Shown here piece by piece: positions 53,301-64,000 of a DNA stretch of 64,000 nucleotides. Positions within the stretch are counted from its first letter, which is position 1, and each line of letters starts with the position of its first letter. The position numbers and the translations under genes were made by a program. Source of the DNA: Octopus sinensis (lineage: Eukaryota); contig NC_043002.1 of NCBI RefSeq assembly GCF_006345805.1, positions 71,052,001 through 71,116,000 on the forward strand, given 5' to 3'. Under the pieces are notes generated by a model. The model was not told the DNA's origin. It searched no databases and saw nothing but the letters and a program-made list of their open reading frames with translations.

Positions 53301-54699
53301 TTACAAGCGAGCACACACGCACGTCTATACTAGCGTACGCGTACATTTCTAGTAGCATAAACGTACATCTATACTGGTCGTCCCTCTATATATATACACA
53401 CACCACATTCATATATAAAGGCGATTGTACACAAAAACTACCGTATACACTGATATACGCACACATCCATACGCCTACTTAACATATGCTATTCTGGGCA
53501 AAGGAACAAGAGTTATTCCTGCCAACAGATTAGAAAGAATTCTGCATTGTAATCGCAATAATCTCAAAGAACAATACTGATTTGTAACAAGGGCTAGCTG
53601 CATAACTATTAATTTTTGCATTAACTCTCTTGTCTTTCTGCTTTGTTTTTCTAGGATGTTTTTCTTATTTCCTTCACTAGTTAATCGCAGCAGATGAAAG
53701 GAGATCCAAAAGCAATCAAATGTAGAGAACAAAAGTATAGATGAAGGAGTAGGGAGGGTTTTGGAAGAGAACAGGTCATTAACTCCAAGAACAATGATAG
53801 CATTAGATGATAAAATCTCTCTCAGAATATTGCATCCATTAGTATATAAAAGTGGCTGCGCAAAGACAAATCAGAGGAATTAATTAATTAATTAAGCAAC
53901 AAAATCTTCCCTTACCCCCATTAAAATAGCATTTTATGAGATTAGTTCTGCTATAATTTCGCACAAGTTGCGGTTCACGAGGTGTCCATAATCAGTGTTA
54001 GGATTTAAAAGAATACGTTGCCCAGCGAGGTAAAAATTACTTGTTAATGCCAGATTTTAAAAATAGTATATTGTTCACTATATTTTCTATGTCGGTGGAA
54101 TATCTTTTGTCCATTTGCCAAACGGTGAATCATTATCTGAATTACCAGAAGAATGAAAGTTCTGTTCATTGTAATCTGAATCATTACGATAATAAAAGCC
54201 ATTGTTCTACTGTTTCTTGTTTTGTTGCTTATTTTCATTTTCCATTTGTTAACGATACCTTTGAGAGTAGCGGGATTAGAGAAAATGTTGAATTTTATTT
54301 CTTGATTCTTATATTTATGAGTTTAGTTTTATCAACTTATATAATCCTTGTATTTACTCATGTAATACAAATTCCCTCATTATGATGGAAAATTATTTTT
54401 AGACTTCAAAAGATCAATAATTTTTAATCTGACTTTACGTTGTAAATTTACGCTGGAAAAATATAAGATAGTATACTAAATGTTATCTCGACATAAACAT
54501 ATATGCCATCATTTATTTCAACAAAGTTCAACACCTCGGTCATAGATTTTCGCTAGACGAGAGAACGCGTTTTTTATTTGGCTAATAAAACTCTGTGAAA
54601 CGAAAATAGGGTTCCATGATGCAGTTATCTAATCGACATGACGCCAACTAAATATCTTCCCGCACATATATATACACAGGCATACACATCCTCACATAG

Positions 54700-54748
54700 A
54701 TAGATAGATGGGTAGATAGATAAAGAGACAGACAGATAGCGAGAGATA

Positions 54749-54825
<77 letters not shown>

Positions 54826-54985
54826 CAGACAGATAGTGAGAGATAATAGACAGATAGATAGATAAATGCATACATAGAGGGAGAAGAGGAGAGAGAAATA
54901 AAATAGATAGATAGATAGATAGATAGAAAGAGAGAGAGATGATAGATAAATAGATAGATAGATAGATAGATAGATAGACAGAGAG
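54700..54985. repeat. (GATA)n microsatellite block
   Basis: Direct reading. Confidence 0.95.
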
Positions 54986-55079
54986 CGAGAGCTAGTGAGA
55001 GAGATGCTTATAAATACACGTAGATACCTTCATTTTCATGTCCAACTTATTTGAATAACGTTTATCAGTCTCCTCCATG

Positions 55080-56000
55080 CTTCTCCGTCCTCTATCATCT
55101 CTCTAACTCAGATTTTTCAAGGGTTGTACCCTCCAGCATTGGTTGCGCATGCAATTTACAAGATCTACCCTTTTTACTATGTACTGCTTCCCAGAATAAT
55201 ATTTGATATACGAATTCATTGTTTTCTTCGCCCATATTCTTCCATAAATTTAAATCTGCATTGTTAAATGTTTTAAGTTAGTGAGCGTATGTTTCTATAT
55301 AACATACTGTTCAGTAAATGTTACCCATGAAAATTGAGTAATCTTCTTTGTCAGCTTGGTTGGTGTTCTATGTAGTCTAATTTTCTCAGTGTCTAGCATT
55401 TAAGTCCGTGTTATATGGTCTCTAGAACATAGACTATAGTATGCTGATGTCATAAGATAAACCTGACTCTCATATTGCAGACATCTTGTAAGCTGCTGTC
55501 CATGCCAATGAAATTTTTATTTGACATACTCTCTTTGATTTTCAGTTCAGAGCATCAGATATTCCAAGCCATTTATTCATTGGTGATATGCGTTAGAGTG
55601 GTTGATTGAAAAGCAGAAATTCATTGATATTTCAGTTAATAGTTTGATCTATCTTTTAGCTTCTCTATTTCGTGAAATATGTAGCTGAGCTTCTATAAAA
55701 TTGCTCGAAGGAAGAGCTATATCATACGCATAATAGTTGTATAATTACGTCCAATATTTGAAAACCTGCATGGAAACAATCTTAGCCAGCAAAAGTTGTT
55801 GGAAATTGTATTGAGTGGTCGTCCAAGGTCATAATAAATGCGAAATGTGCAAGAATGTCACCCTGTTGTACACTTGTCATGATCTCAAATGTTTCTATTG
55901 CCATCAAGTTTCAAAGCCTGAGTATTCTATATTTATAAAAAATGTTGAATATGGTGGTAACAGGAATATCATATGCTATAAGAAATTGTAACAATTGCAC
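55080..56000 (-). mobile_element. RTE-clade LINE RT remnant
   Basis: Minus fragments SVQQGDILAHFAFIMTLD (cf. GVLQGDTLAPFLFIIVLD) and YYAYDIAL (cf. YADDIAL). Confidence 0.6.
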
Positions 56001-56296
56001 ATACTGCATTGAGGCAAAAATTGTGAAGATATACAAATGATATTAAAATTTTTGTTTTTATGTTTGATAACTCCATTAATATTTGTATTGAATATATGTG
56101 GCTGAAAATAGGGACTGTTCTTAAAAATCAGATTTTATTGTATATATTTTAAGGCCTCTTTATTGTTTATCTTATCCAAGATTATTATTGTTATTAGACC
56201 AACATTCACACTCATTTCTTGAGGTATAGCTTTATAATACACTTCAAGTTGTAAAAGGAAGAATGCCTTTTTTTTTCAAATTTCCACCGCTGCTCC

Positions 56297-57870
56297 ACAA
56301 GGTCGAGACATTTCACTTCGGGTAATTCTATGTGTTGTGGAGTATAGATATAACGAATTATGCCAGCACTGTCTGATTTTAAACTTGAAGTAAGAAAGTC
56401 TTGCATATTTGTTTTTACATGTTTCATGTGTGTATGTAAAATCCGCAAATTTCCAAGCAGAAAACAGAATCGAATTGTCATTTGCTTCCACGGAAATACT
56501 CGAAGTGAAATGTTTTGATTTTGTCGAGTTATATCGAAAGAATTCCATCGGGCATTCCTTCGATATAGCTCGACGAGGTCGAGACATTTCCCTTCGAGTA
56601 TTTCCATGGGTTGTGGAATATAGATATAATTATAAGTAATTACTTGTAATTATCGAAAGAATGCCTAAGTGCATTCCTTCGATATAGCTCGACAAGGTCG
56701 AGGTATTTCACTTCGGGTATTTCCGTGGGTTGTGGAGTATAGATGAAACGAAATTATGCCAGCAATGTCTCGTTTTAAACTTGAAGGAAAGATGACTTGC
56801 ATATTTGTTCTTACCTGTATCATGTGTGTATGTAATATCCGAAAATTTCCAAGCAGAAAACAGAATCGAATTATCATTTGCTTCCACGGAAGTACCCGAA
56901 GTGAAATGCTTTGATTTTGTCGAGTTATATCGAAAGAATGCCATCGGTAATTCCTTCGATATAGCTCGACAAGTTACTACCGTGGGTTTTAGAGTATAGA
57001 TATAACGAAATTATGCCAGCAATCTCTCATTTTAATCTTCAAGACAAAAGCCTTGCATATTTGTTCTTACCTATTTAACGTGTGTAAATAAAATCCGCAA
57101 ACTTCCAAGCAGAAAGCAGAATTGAATTGTTATTTTCTTCAACGGAAATATCTGAAGTGAAGTGTTTATATTTTGTCGAGTTATATCGAAAGAATGCAAT
57201 CGAGCATTCCTTCGATATAGCTCGACAATTTCTTTCCGTGGGTTGTGGAGTATAGATATAAGGAAATTATGCCAGCAATGTCACATTCTAAACTTGAAGA
57301 AAAAAAAAGCCTTGCATATCTGTTCCTACCTGTTTCGTGTGTGTATGTAATATCCGCAAATTGCCAGGCATTAAACAGAATCGAATTGGCATTTGCTTCC
57401 ACGGAAATACCCCAAGTGCAGTGTTTTGATTTTGTCGAGTTATATCGAAAGACTTGCCATCGGGCATTCCTTAGATATTGCTCGATAAGCTATTTCCGTG
57501 GGTTGTGGAGTATAGAGATAACGAAATTAAGCCAGCAATGTCTCATTTTAAACTTGAAGAAAAAAGCCTTGCATATTTGCTCTTACCTTATTCTTCTGTG
57601 TATATATACCATCTGCAACTTTCCAAGCAGAAAACAGAATCGAAATGTTATTTGCTTCCTAGGAAATACCCGAAGTGAAGCCTTTTTGTCGAGTTATATG
57701 GAAAAGAATGTCATCGGGCATTCCATCGATATAGCTCGACTAGGTCGAGACATTTTACTTCGGGTATTTCTGTCGATTATGGAGGATAGATGTAACGAAA
57801 TTATGCCAGCATATCTCATTTTAAACTTGCAGAAAAATAGAAGCCTTTCTTATTTCTTCTTACCTTGCAA
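56297..57870 (+). repeat. Tandem array of about six 255-280 bp monomers, each junction forming a long hairpin
   Basis: gtcgagttatatcgaaagaat(gc)-6 nt-gcattccttcgatatagctcgac recurs at ~56523, 56650 (left arm truncated), 56919, 57176, 57435 and 57688; the stem extends to 58 bp where the right arm is complete. Confidence 0.95.
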
Positions 57871-57970
57871 ACCAAGGTTTTCAAACTTTTCACCAAAATC
57901 TTAGAAGAGATTTGAAATATGATGATAGAATTGTCTAAAACATATACTAATACATTTAGAATATAAAGAT

Positions 57971-58006
<36 letters not shown>

Positions 58007-58014
58007 GTATATAA

Positions 58015-58045
<31 letters not shown>

Positions 58046-58269
58046 ATATATATTCTGAATGTATTAATATGTGTTTTAGACAATTCTATCATTTTAAATC
58101 CGTATATTATCACACCAGTCGTAGTATGCCTGAGTTGAACTTCTCTGTATCACTTGTACGTGCCTAGCCTTTCGACTTTGACTCGAGCACTTCCATGCTT
58201 TCTATGCTTTTCTAAAGAAAATTTATAATTACACAACGTAACAATTTCAAAAAAATTGTTTATTGTATT

Positions 58270-58370
58270 TTTTATTCTCACCTAGATTTTTCACCGAAAA
58301 CTTGGGTGTTGTTAGAGAGGAGCATTGTGAGAGATTTCATCAGGACGTTGCAACTTTATAAAGAGTCAAG
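58270..58370 (+). mobile_element. Partial upstream duplicate of the transposase C-terminal segment
   Basis: ctagatttttcaccgaaaacttgg..gagagatttcatcaggacgttgcaactttataaaga matches 59285-59368. Confidence 0.8.
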
Positions 58371-58465
58371 ACTATTGAGAAGGTTACAAGACGCAACGAA
58401 CATTTTAGAAAATAAAAATAAGAAATAAGTGGAAATGTTACCGGTGAGTGTATTAATTAATAAGG

Positions 58466-59545
58466 CACTAAAAGAGAATGACTCTCCCCAGACACAACAT
58501 AGTTTTTTTTTTTATTGTTTATCAATCTGTTTTCTGCTGAATCCAAAAATGAAATTAATTTTTGTTTATCATTAACAGTTAATAAAATATGTCGACTTTC
58601 AATATTATTATATTGTCGGTATTGTTATAATGTTCCGCTACGAAATGTATGTCTAGTTTTTCCCTTTCAGACCAATTGTTAAGTTCTGCTACTTTCAGGA
58701 TGACTATTAGAGTATGTAAAAATTGTCCTGATACATTTTGCTACGTGTGGTTATTATATTGGAAAAAAGCAGGTATTACATATGATAGGGGAAGGTGCCA
58801 AATTGTGGATAGCGTACAAACTCTATTTCGGAATGCCCATGCGTGACCAGGACAAACCATGGGCTCCACATGTGATATGCGGAAGCTGTCGATCGAATCT
58901 AGAAGGATTTTTAAGAGGTACAAGAAGGTCAATGCCTTTTGTCAATCCAAGGTTATGGAGAGAGCCAAAGAACCATCAAGATGACTGTTACTTTTGTATG
59001 ATCGATGTGACAAAGTACAGAATAGTGAAAGGTAGACATGCTCTTCAGTATCCAGACATACCATAATCTAGAGCACCTGCCCACATGATAACAGTTTATG
59101 AGTACCACTACTACCAGAATATCTTTCATCTGAAGAGGCAACAAGTAGTAACAGCCAAGAAATGGAGGAAGGTTTCGTACCAAGATCGACTTCGGAGCCT
59201 CATGTACCAAATCAGAGTGAGCTAGATGATTTAATCAGGGATCTGGGTCATACGTCCTCACAGGTTCACTTTTTGCTCTCTCAACTAGATCTTTCACCGA
59301 AAACTTGGATGATGTTAGTGGAGAGCATGGTGAGAGATTTCATCAAGACATTGCAACTTTATAAAGAAGTACTAAATGAAAAAGTACTAAATGTTGTGTA
59401 ACTATCCTTAAAATACTAGAATAGATTGAACCAACAAAGTGCTGTAGAGGAAAGTTACAAATATAACAAGCAAATATGAAATTAGGAATATATAAATAAC
59501 TATTGGTGTTACTTCAAAACGAATGTGATTTTTAAAAATTCAGTG
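58466..59545 (+). mobile_element. CMC/Chapaev-3-like DNA transposon, internally deleted
   Basis: RVCKNCPDTFCYV; AYKLYFGMPMRDQDKPWAPHVICGSC..LWREPKNHQDDCYFC; ELDDLIRDLG fused to VHFLLSQLD..EHGERFHQDIA; tentative CACT start and CAGTG end. Family name is from memory of these motifs. Confidence 0.7.
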
Positions 59546-59605
59546 GCAAGAAATGCATACCTGAACATTAAACATACAAATAAACAAAACATGTGTTACA
59601 TTGTG

Positions 59606-59693
<88 letters not shown>

Positions 59694-60299
59694 TGATATG
59701 TATACATACATACATACATAATACAAACATATATATACATATATGTACATATATATAAATATCTATCTACCTATCTCTCTCTCTCTCTCTCCATATATAT
59801 ATATATATATATTATATATATGCATCGACATGTGTATACATTGCCGTGTGTAAACATGTTTACACAACGTACGCCGGGGAAATGCAGCAACGTAAATGGA
59901 TAACGAGTGGTAGTTGTAAGAGGAGAAACAATTGGTGAGAGTCAGTGAGATGGGAATGTTGGCTGATAAAAATGCTGGGGCGGAGAGGACTGTAAGCAGT
60001 GAACGCTCAGTATAAGAGACGTTGGTAATAATAAACGATAATGGCGAACATTTAAACAATGATGAGGAATAGAACAAATGTAAATAGTGGATTTGAGTGA
60101 CATACACACTTACACACGCACATACACAGACACACACAAATTCACACACACACACACTCATTACGTATAGTCATACAAACAAAACAATTAATTCCACGTT
60201 ACTCCTATACATTCAGCTTCATGAAATGATTTATCCTTGGACGGACCGGTGTCTCGTATATGTATATATATATATATATATAATATATAATTTTAATCC

Positions 60300-60570
60300 A
60301 AACGGGAAACAAAAAAACAACAACAATGGAACAATTACAGTATTATTTAATAGGCGCTCAGGAAAAGAAAGCAGGGAGGTATGACGTTTCGAGCGGAGCT
60401 CTTCGTCGGAAACATAAAGAAGGAAGAGAGAGGAAAGAAAGATCCCAGAGCGGGCAACAGGGAAGAGAAAAAAGACGACTGGTGTTTACGAGTTGCACAT
60501 GGTGAAAGGCGGATGTTTACGAAAACAGAGCAAAGTGGGTTTTTAAAGGCAAAAGAGTGGAGACAAGGTT
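60300..60570 (-). mobile_element. PLE terminal fragment
   Basis: Same family as 35495-35705. Confidence 0.7.
60379..60413 (-). ncRNA. Minimal type-I hammerhead-like motif with CCGACGA core (class A)
   Basis: GTTT CCGACGA A GAGC TCC GCTC GAAAC GTC ATAC; GUC site; helix I has one mismatch. Confidence 0.45.
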
Positions 60571-61273
60571 GGTAACGCAACAGATGTGTGTGTATGTGTG
60601 AGGGTGTGCGTGTGCGTGTGTGTATGTGTGTGTGTGAAGCGAGATGAAAAAACAAAAAAATATATATGTGTGTGTTAGTGTGTGCGTCTGTGTGTAGGCG
60701 TGTGAGGTAGGGCGAGATAGTGGTCAGCTTAGCAGACAAAGGTCAGTAGTAAGAAAAAGAAGGAAGGAGGAAGGGAGGGAGGGGAAGGGGTGGGGGCGTA
60801 TGTAGCGTGCCAGCGTGTGTTGAGTAGTAGTGTGTGTGTGTGTGTCCAGTGTCGTGGTGGTATAAATGGCGAGTAGATTGAATGTGTGTAAGAGTAATGT
60901 ATATATTTAAGCAATGTGTGTATATGTGTGCGCGTGTGTGTAACGAAAAAGGGGGGGGGTTAAGGAGAAAGGACTCCAGCTGAGGGGAAGATGGAAGAGT
61001 GGTCCCGCGGAGGCGGGCGTGGGAAAACCCAACGACACGCGACGGTCCCAGGGACGGGCGGGAGGTCTTGTCGGTTCCAAGAGCGAGGTGCCTGCGGAGC
61101 GTATGCGTACGCGAACCGGCGCAAGCGCGTGCGTGCGCGAGCCTGCGAGTATGTGCGTAAGTATGTATGTGTGTGGATGTGTGAGTGTGTCTGTGTGTAT
61201 GTCCGGGTGGCAGTGTGTCCGATGAATGTATGTGAGTATGTGTGTATGTATGTGTGTGCATAGATGTATGTCC

Positions 61274-61311
<38 letters not shown>

Positions 61312-61314
<3 letters not shown>

Positions 61315-61608
61315 GGTTAGAGCGTCGAGCTTACGATCGTGAGGTTGTAAGTTCGAATCCCGGACCGGGCTGCGTGTTCTGTTCTTCAGCAAGACACTTT
61401 ATTTCACGTTGCTCCAGTTCATTCAGCTGTAGAAATGAGTTGCAACGCCACAGGTGCCAAGCTGTATCAGCCTTTACCTTTTCCGTGGATAACACTGGTG
61501 GCGTGGAGAGGGGAGGCCGGTATGCATGGGCCACTGCTGGTCTTCCATAAAATAACCATGCCCGGACTTGTGGATGGGAGGGTAACTTTCTAGGTGCCAT
61601 CCCATGGT
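61312..61608 (+). mobile_element. tRNA-headed CORE-like SINE, near full length
   Basis: A-box tggttagagcg, B-box gttcgaatcc, CORE-like gttcttcagcaagacactttatttcacgttgctcc. Confidence 0.85.
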
Positions 61609-61620
61609 CTATATATATAT

Positions 61621-61655
<35 letters not shown>

Positions 61656-61665
61656 ATATATGTAT

Positions 61666-61708
<43 letters not shown>

Positions 61709-61765
61709 GTATATACATATATACATGCATAATATATATAAATATAAATATATATATATACATAA

Positions 61766-61809
<44 letters not shown>

Positions 61810-62400
61810 GCATACACACATATATATCGATAGGTAGGTGAAGAGATAGATTCAGTTGTGTTTTAGACAGAGAGGTAGGCAATAGTGTTTTGAATAGCTT
61901 ACAGGAGATATTACACATTCCAGTATACAAATTTATACATATATTTCAAAATGTACACCAGTGCATCTACACCCATCTCCAGTACAGTCATTCACATAAT
62001 TACACATCTATATTTATATGTATCATATATATGTACAGAAGATCATAACATCATTGTCTTGTCCAATGACATCCTTACATTCGTAGATTGATATAAAACT
62101 ACATAAAAGTAAACACCTTTACTTATATTTCTATATGCACACTTATATTCTTGTACACTCACAAACACACACATATTGACATAGTTACATGTGCCTGGAT
62201 ATATCCGGTTATATACTCACAATGCGTTAGTGCTAATCAGTAATTGCGAACGTAGAATGGTAAACAATGATTAACAATGGTAATAAAGAATATTGACAAA
62301 GGGAAAGACAAAACAACAACGAGGATAATAAAAATAATGATGATGATAATAATAATAATAATAATGATAATAATAATAATAATGATATAATTATTATAAT

Positions 62401-62431
<31 letters not shown>

Positions 62432-62517
62432 TAATAATAATAATAACAATAATAATGATAATAATAATAATGATAATAATATTAATAATGATAATAATAA
62501 TAATAATGATAATAATA

Positions 62518-62595
<78 letters not shown>

Positions 62596-62985
62596 GCAAC
62601 AACTATGAATGCACGTGTTGCGATGAGCTTTAGAAAATAAGTGGGAGATCATAACATGATGTTAAAAAATAATGAAGATAACTAGGAAAGCAGGATAGAA
62701 AATGAAAGAAAAATAGGAAAATGGCGACAGTAATGTGAAAGTTGAGAAGCTATAATAATAGTAATGGTCAGGCAATAGACAGTATTACTAAGCTGTAATT
62801 GCCAGCATAGAATGGTGAATACTGATAAACAAAGGTGATCAACAATAAGGATATTAACTATAACTACAACAACATCGGCAACAAAGATAACAATAGCTCT
62901 GATGATTATGATAATGGTAATAATCATAATATGGATGATAATAATATTGATAATAGTAACATCAATAATAATTGTAATTAGTATG

Positions 62986-63045
<60 letters not shown>

Positions 63046-63054
63046 GTAATAATA

Positions 63055-63161
63055 TTTCATGCAATAACCATCAGAGCATCACAACATATCACAGCACATA
63101 CTTAAGGCACACAGAGCTGCGGTCGGTAGTGAAGTGAAAGCACGCTATAAAACTAAAACTA

Positions 63162-63165
<4 letters not shown>
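63055..63165 (+). mobile_element. Short insert in (TAA)n, probably a 3' end of an R4-type element
   Basis: ~110-bp complex sequence ending aaaactactg-(AAT)n with TAA on both sides. Confidence 0.5.
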
Positions 63166-63216
<51 letters not shown>

Positions 63217-63217
<1 letters not shown>

Positions 63218-63699
63218 TTGTTTTGACTTGTATACAAGATGGGCTACTGCAAATATTTTGCTCAATACCATCGATTTGCTTGTCAGTTGTTTGGCCTCAA
63301 CCAGTTGAGCATGTAACTTAGTGGATGATGGTATGTGCATTCTTGATCATGAGTAGAAGTAGTGGGGAAGCATCATAGCCATGTGTTGAGAGGGAGTCTT
63401 TGGGGTTTGAATAATTCACATCTGGAAACATGGGTGTTTCATTCAACATCCTTAAACAACCCTTAATCAGGGTCCTTGTGAGTAGGATGGGTTACCCAAC
63501 CAGAAGAAAATTCTAACTGGGCCCCACCCGCAAGGTCATGCGCTGTTTATCTTGATATGAGATCACCATGTCGCGCACATATGGTTGTGATACATGTGCC
63601 TGGTGTACACTTATCAGACGGGTAGTCATGATGGGTATACTGGGCTTCGTATATTTTACTCCAGTGTCACTTTGATAGGTATGTACTGCTCTCTCACTC
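63217..63699 (+). mobile_element. Non-coding TAA-flanked element, 5'-truncated copy
   Basis: Starts ~75 nt into the sequence of the 63750 copy; ends ctctcactc-(AAT)n; no meaningful ORF. Confidence 0.85.
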
Positions 63700-63749
<50 letters not shown>

Positions 63750-63751
<2 letters not shown>

Positions 63752-64000
63752 GCCCTGATGCAGTACCAGGCAGTGGCTCTCATGGCTTCTGATCTTAACT
63801 GATTGGAAGTGTTATCATGTACATTGTTTTGTCTTGGTATAAAGATGGGCTACAGCAAATATTCTGCTCAATACCACAGATTTGCTTGTCAGTTGTTTGA
63901 CCTTAACCAGTTGAGCATGTCCCTTAGTGGCTGACGATATGTGCATCTCTGATCACGAGCAGAAGTAGTGGGGGAGCATCATGGCCATGTGTTGAGAGGG
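63750..64000 (+). mobile_element. Non-coding TAA-flanked element, copy with intact 5' end (runs off the window)
   Basis: Begins atgccctgatgcagtacc directly after (TAA)n; same start as 28827. Confidence 0.85.

Larger units (their letters stand above)
62270..63750. repeat. Extended interrupted (TAA)n region
   Basis: Pure tracts at ~62330-62590, 62975-63050, 63165-63215 and 63700-63749, separated by inserts. Confidence 0.95.

Noticed and set aside
53475-53732. Minus ORF ending in phase 2 that could splice to exon A
   Set aside because: Weak donor (GTAGGC) and acceptor, 26 kb away; phase match alone has a one-in-three chance.
54041-54385. 114-aa plus-strand ORF
   Set aside because: TTG start, AT-rich composition, no motif and no convincing splice context.
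56297-57870. CRISPR-like appearance of palindromic repeats at regular spacing
   Set aside because: The intervening sequences are homologous to each other rather than unique spacers, the period is ~270 bp, the DNA is eukaryotic and there are no cas genes.
60743-61261. 172-aa minus-strand ORF
   Set aside because: Mostly (CA)n-derived His/Thr; the GC-rich middle avoids stops by composition; no domain recognised.
61312-61375. tRNA-like sequences (also 20812, 40700-40790, 4320-4388)
   Set aside because: They have A and B boxes but run into SINE bodies and lack a complete cloverleaf; SINE heads, not tRNA genes.

Overview
Eukaryotic, AT-rich, microsatellite-saturated DNA. The SINE families and overall repeat content match what I know of Octopus genomes (recognition, not a database result). 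Most of the window is transposon debris: tRNA-headed SINEs, CR1-, RTE-, R4/Dong- and Tx1/L1-clade LINE fragments, one decayed Penelope-like element (PLE; RT plus GIY-YIG), many PLE terminal fragments, and Chapaev-like and Tc1-like DNA transposon remnants. I found no intact long ORF, and most ORF-track entries are translated microsatellites. Best leads: (1) a tandem array at 56.3-57.9 kb whose monomer junctions form a ~58-bp hairpin with strand-asymmetric U-G wobbles and one compensatory change; (2) about nine minimal type-I hammerhead-like motifs in PLE termini, several with non-canonical cores; (3) four fold-back palindromes next to (TA)n; (4) (TAA)n tracts acting as landing pads for R4-type and non-coding passenger elements; (5) a ~1.75-kb tandem duplication with (TG)n breakpoints; (6) tentative phase-compatible exons of an unidentified minus-strand gene, plus weaker plus-strand micro-exon candidates. 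All coordinates, alignments and translations were done by eye; TE boundaries are approximate.
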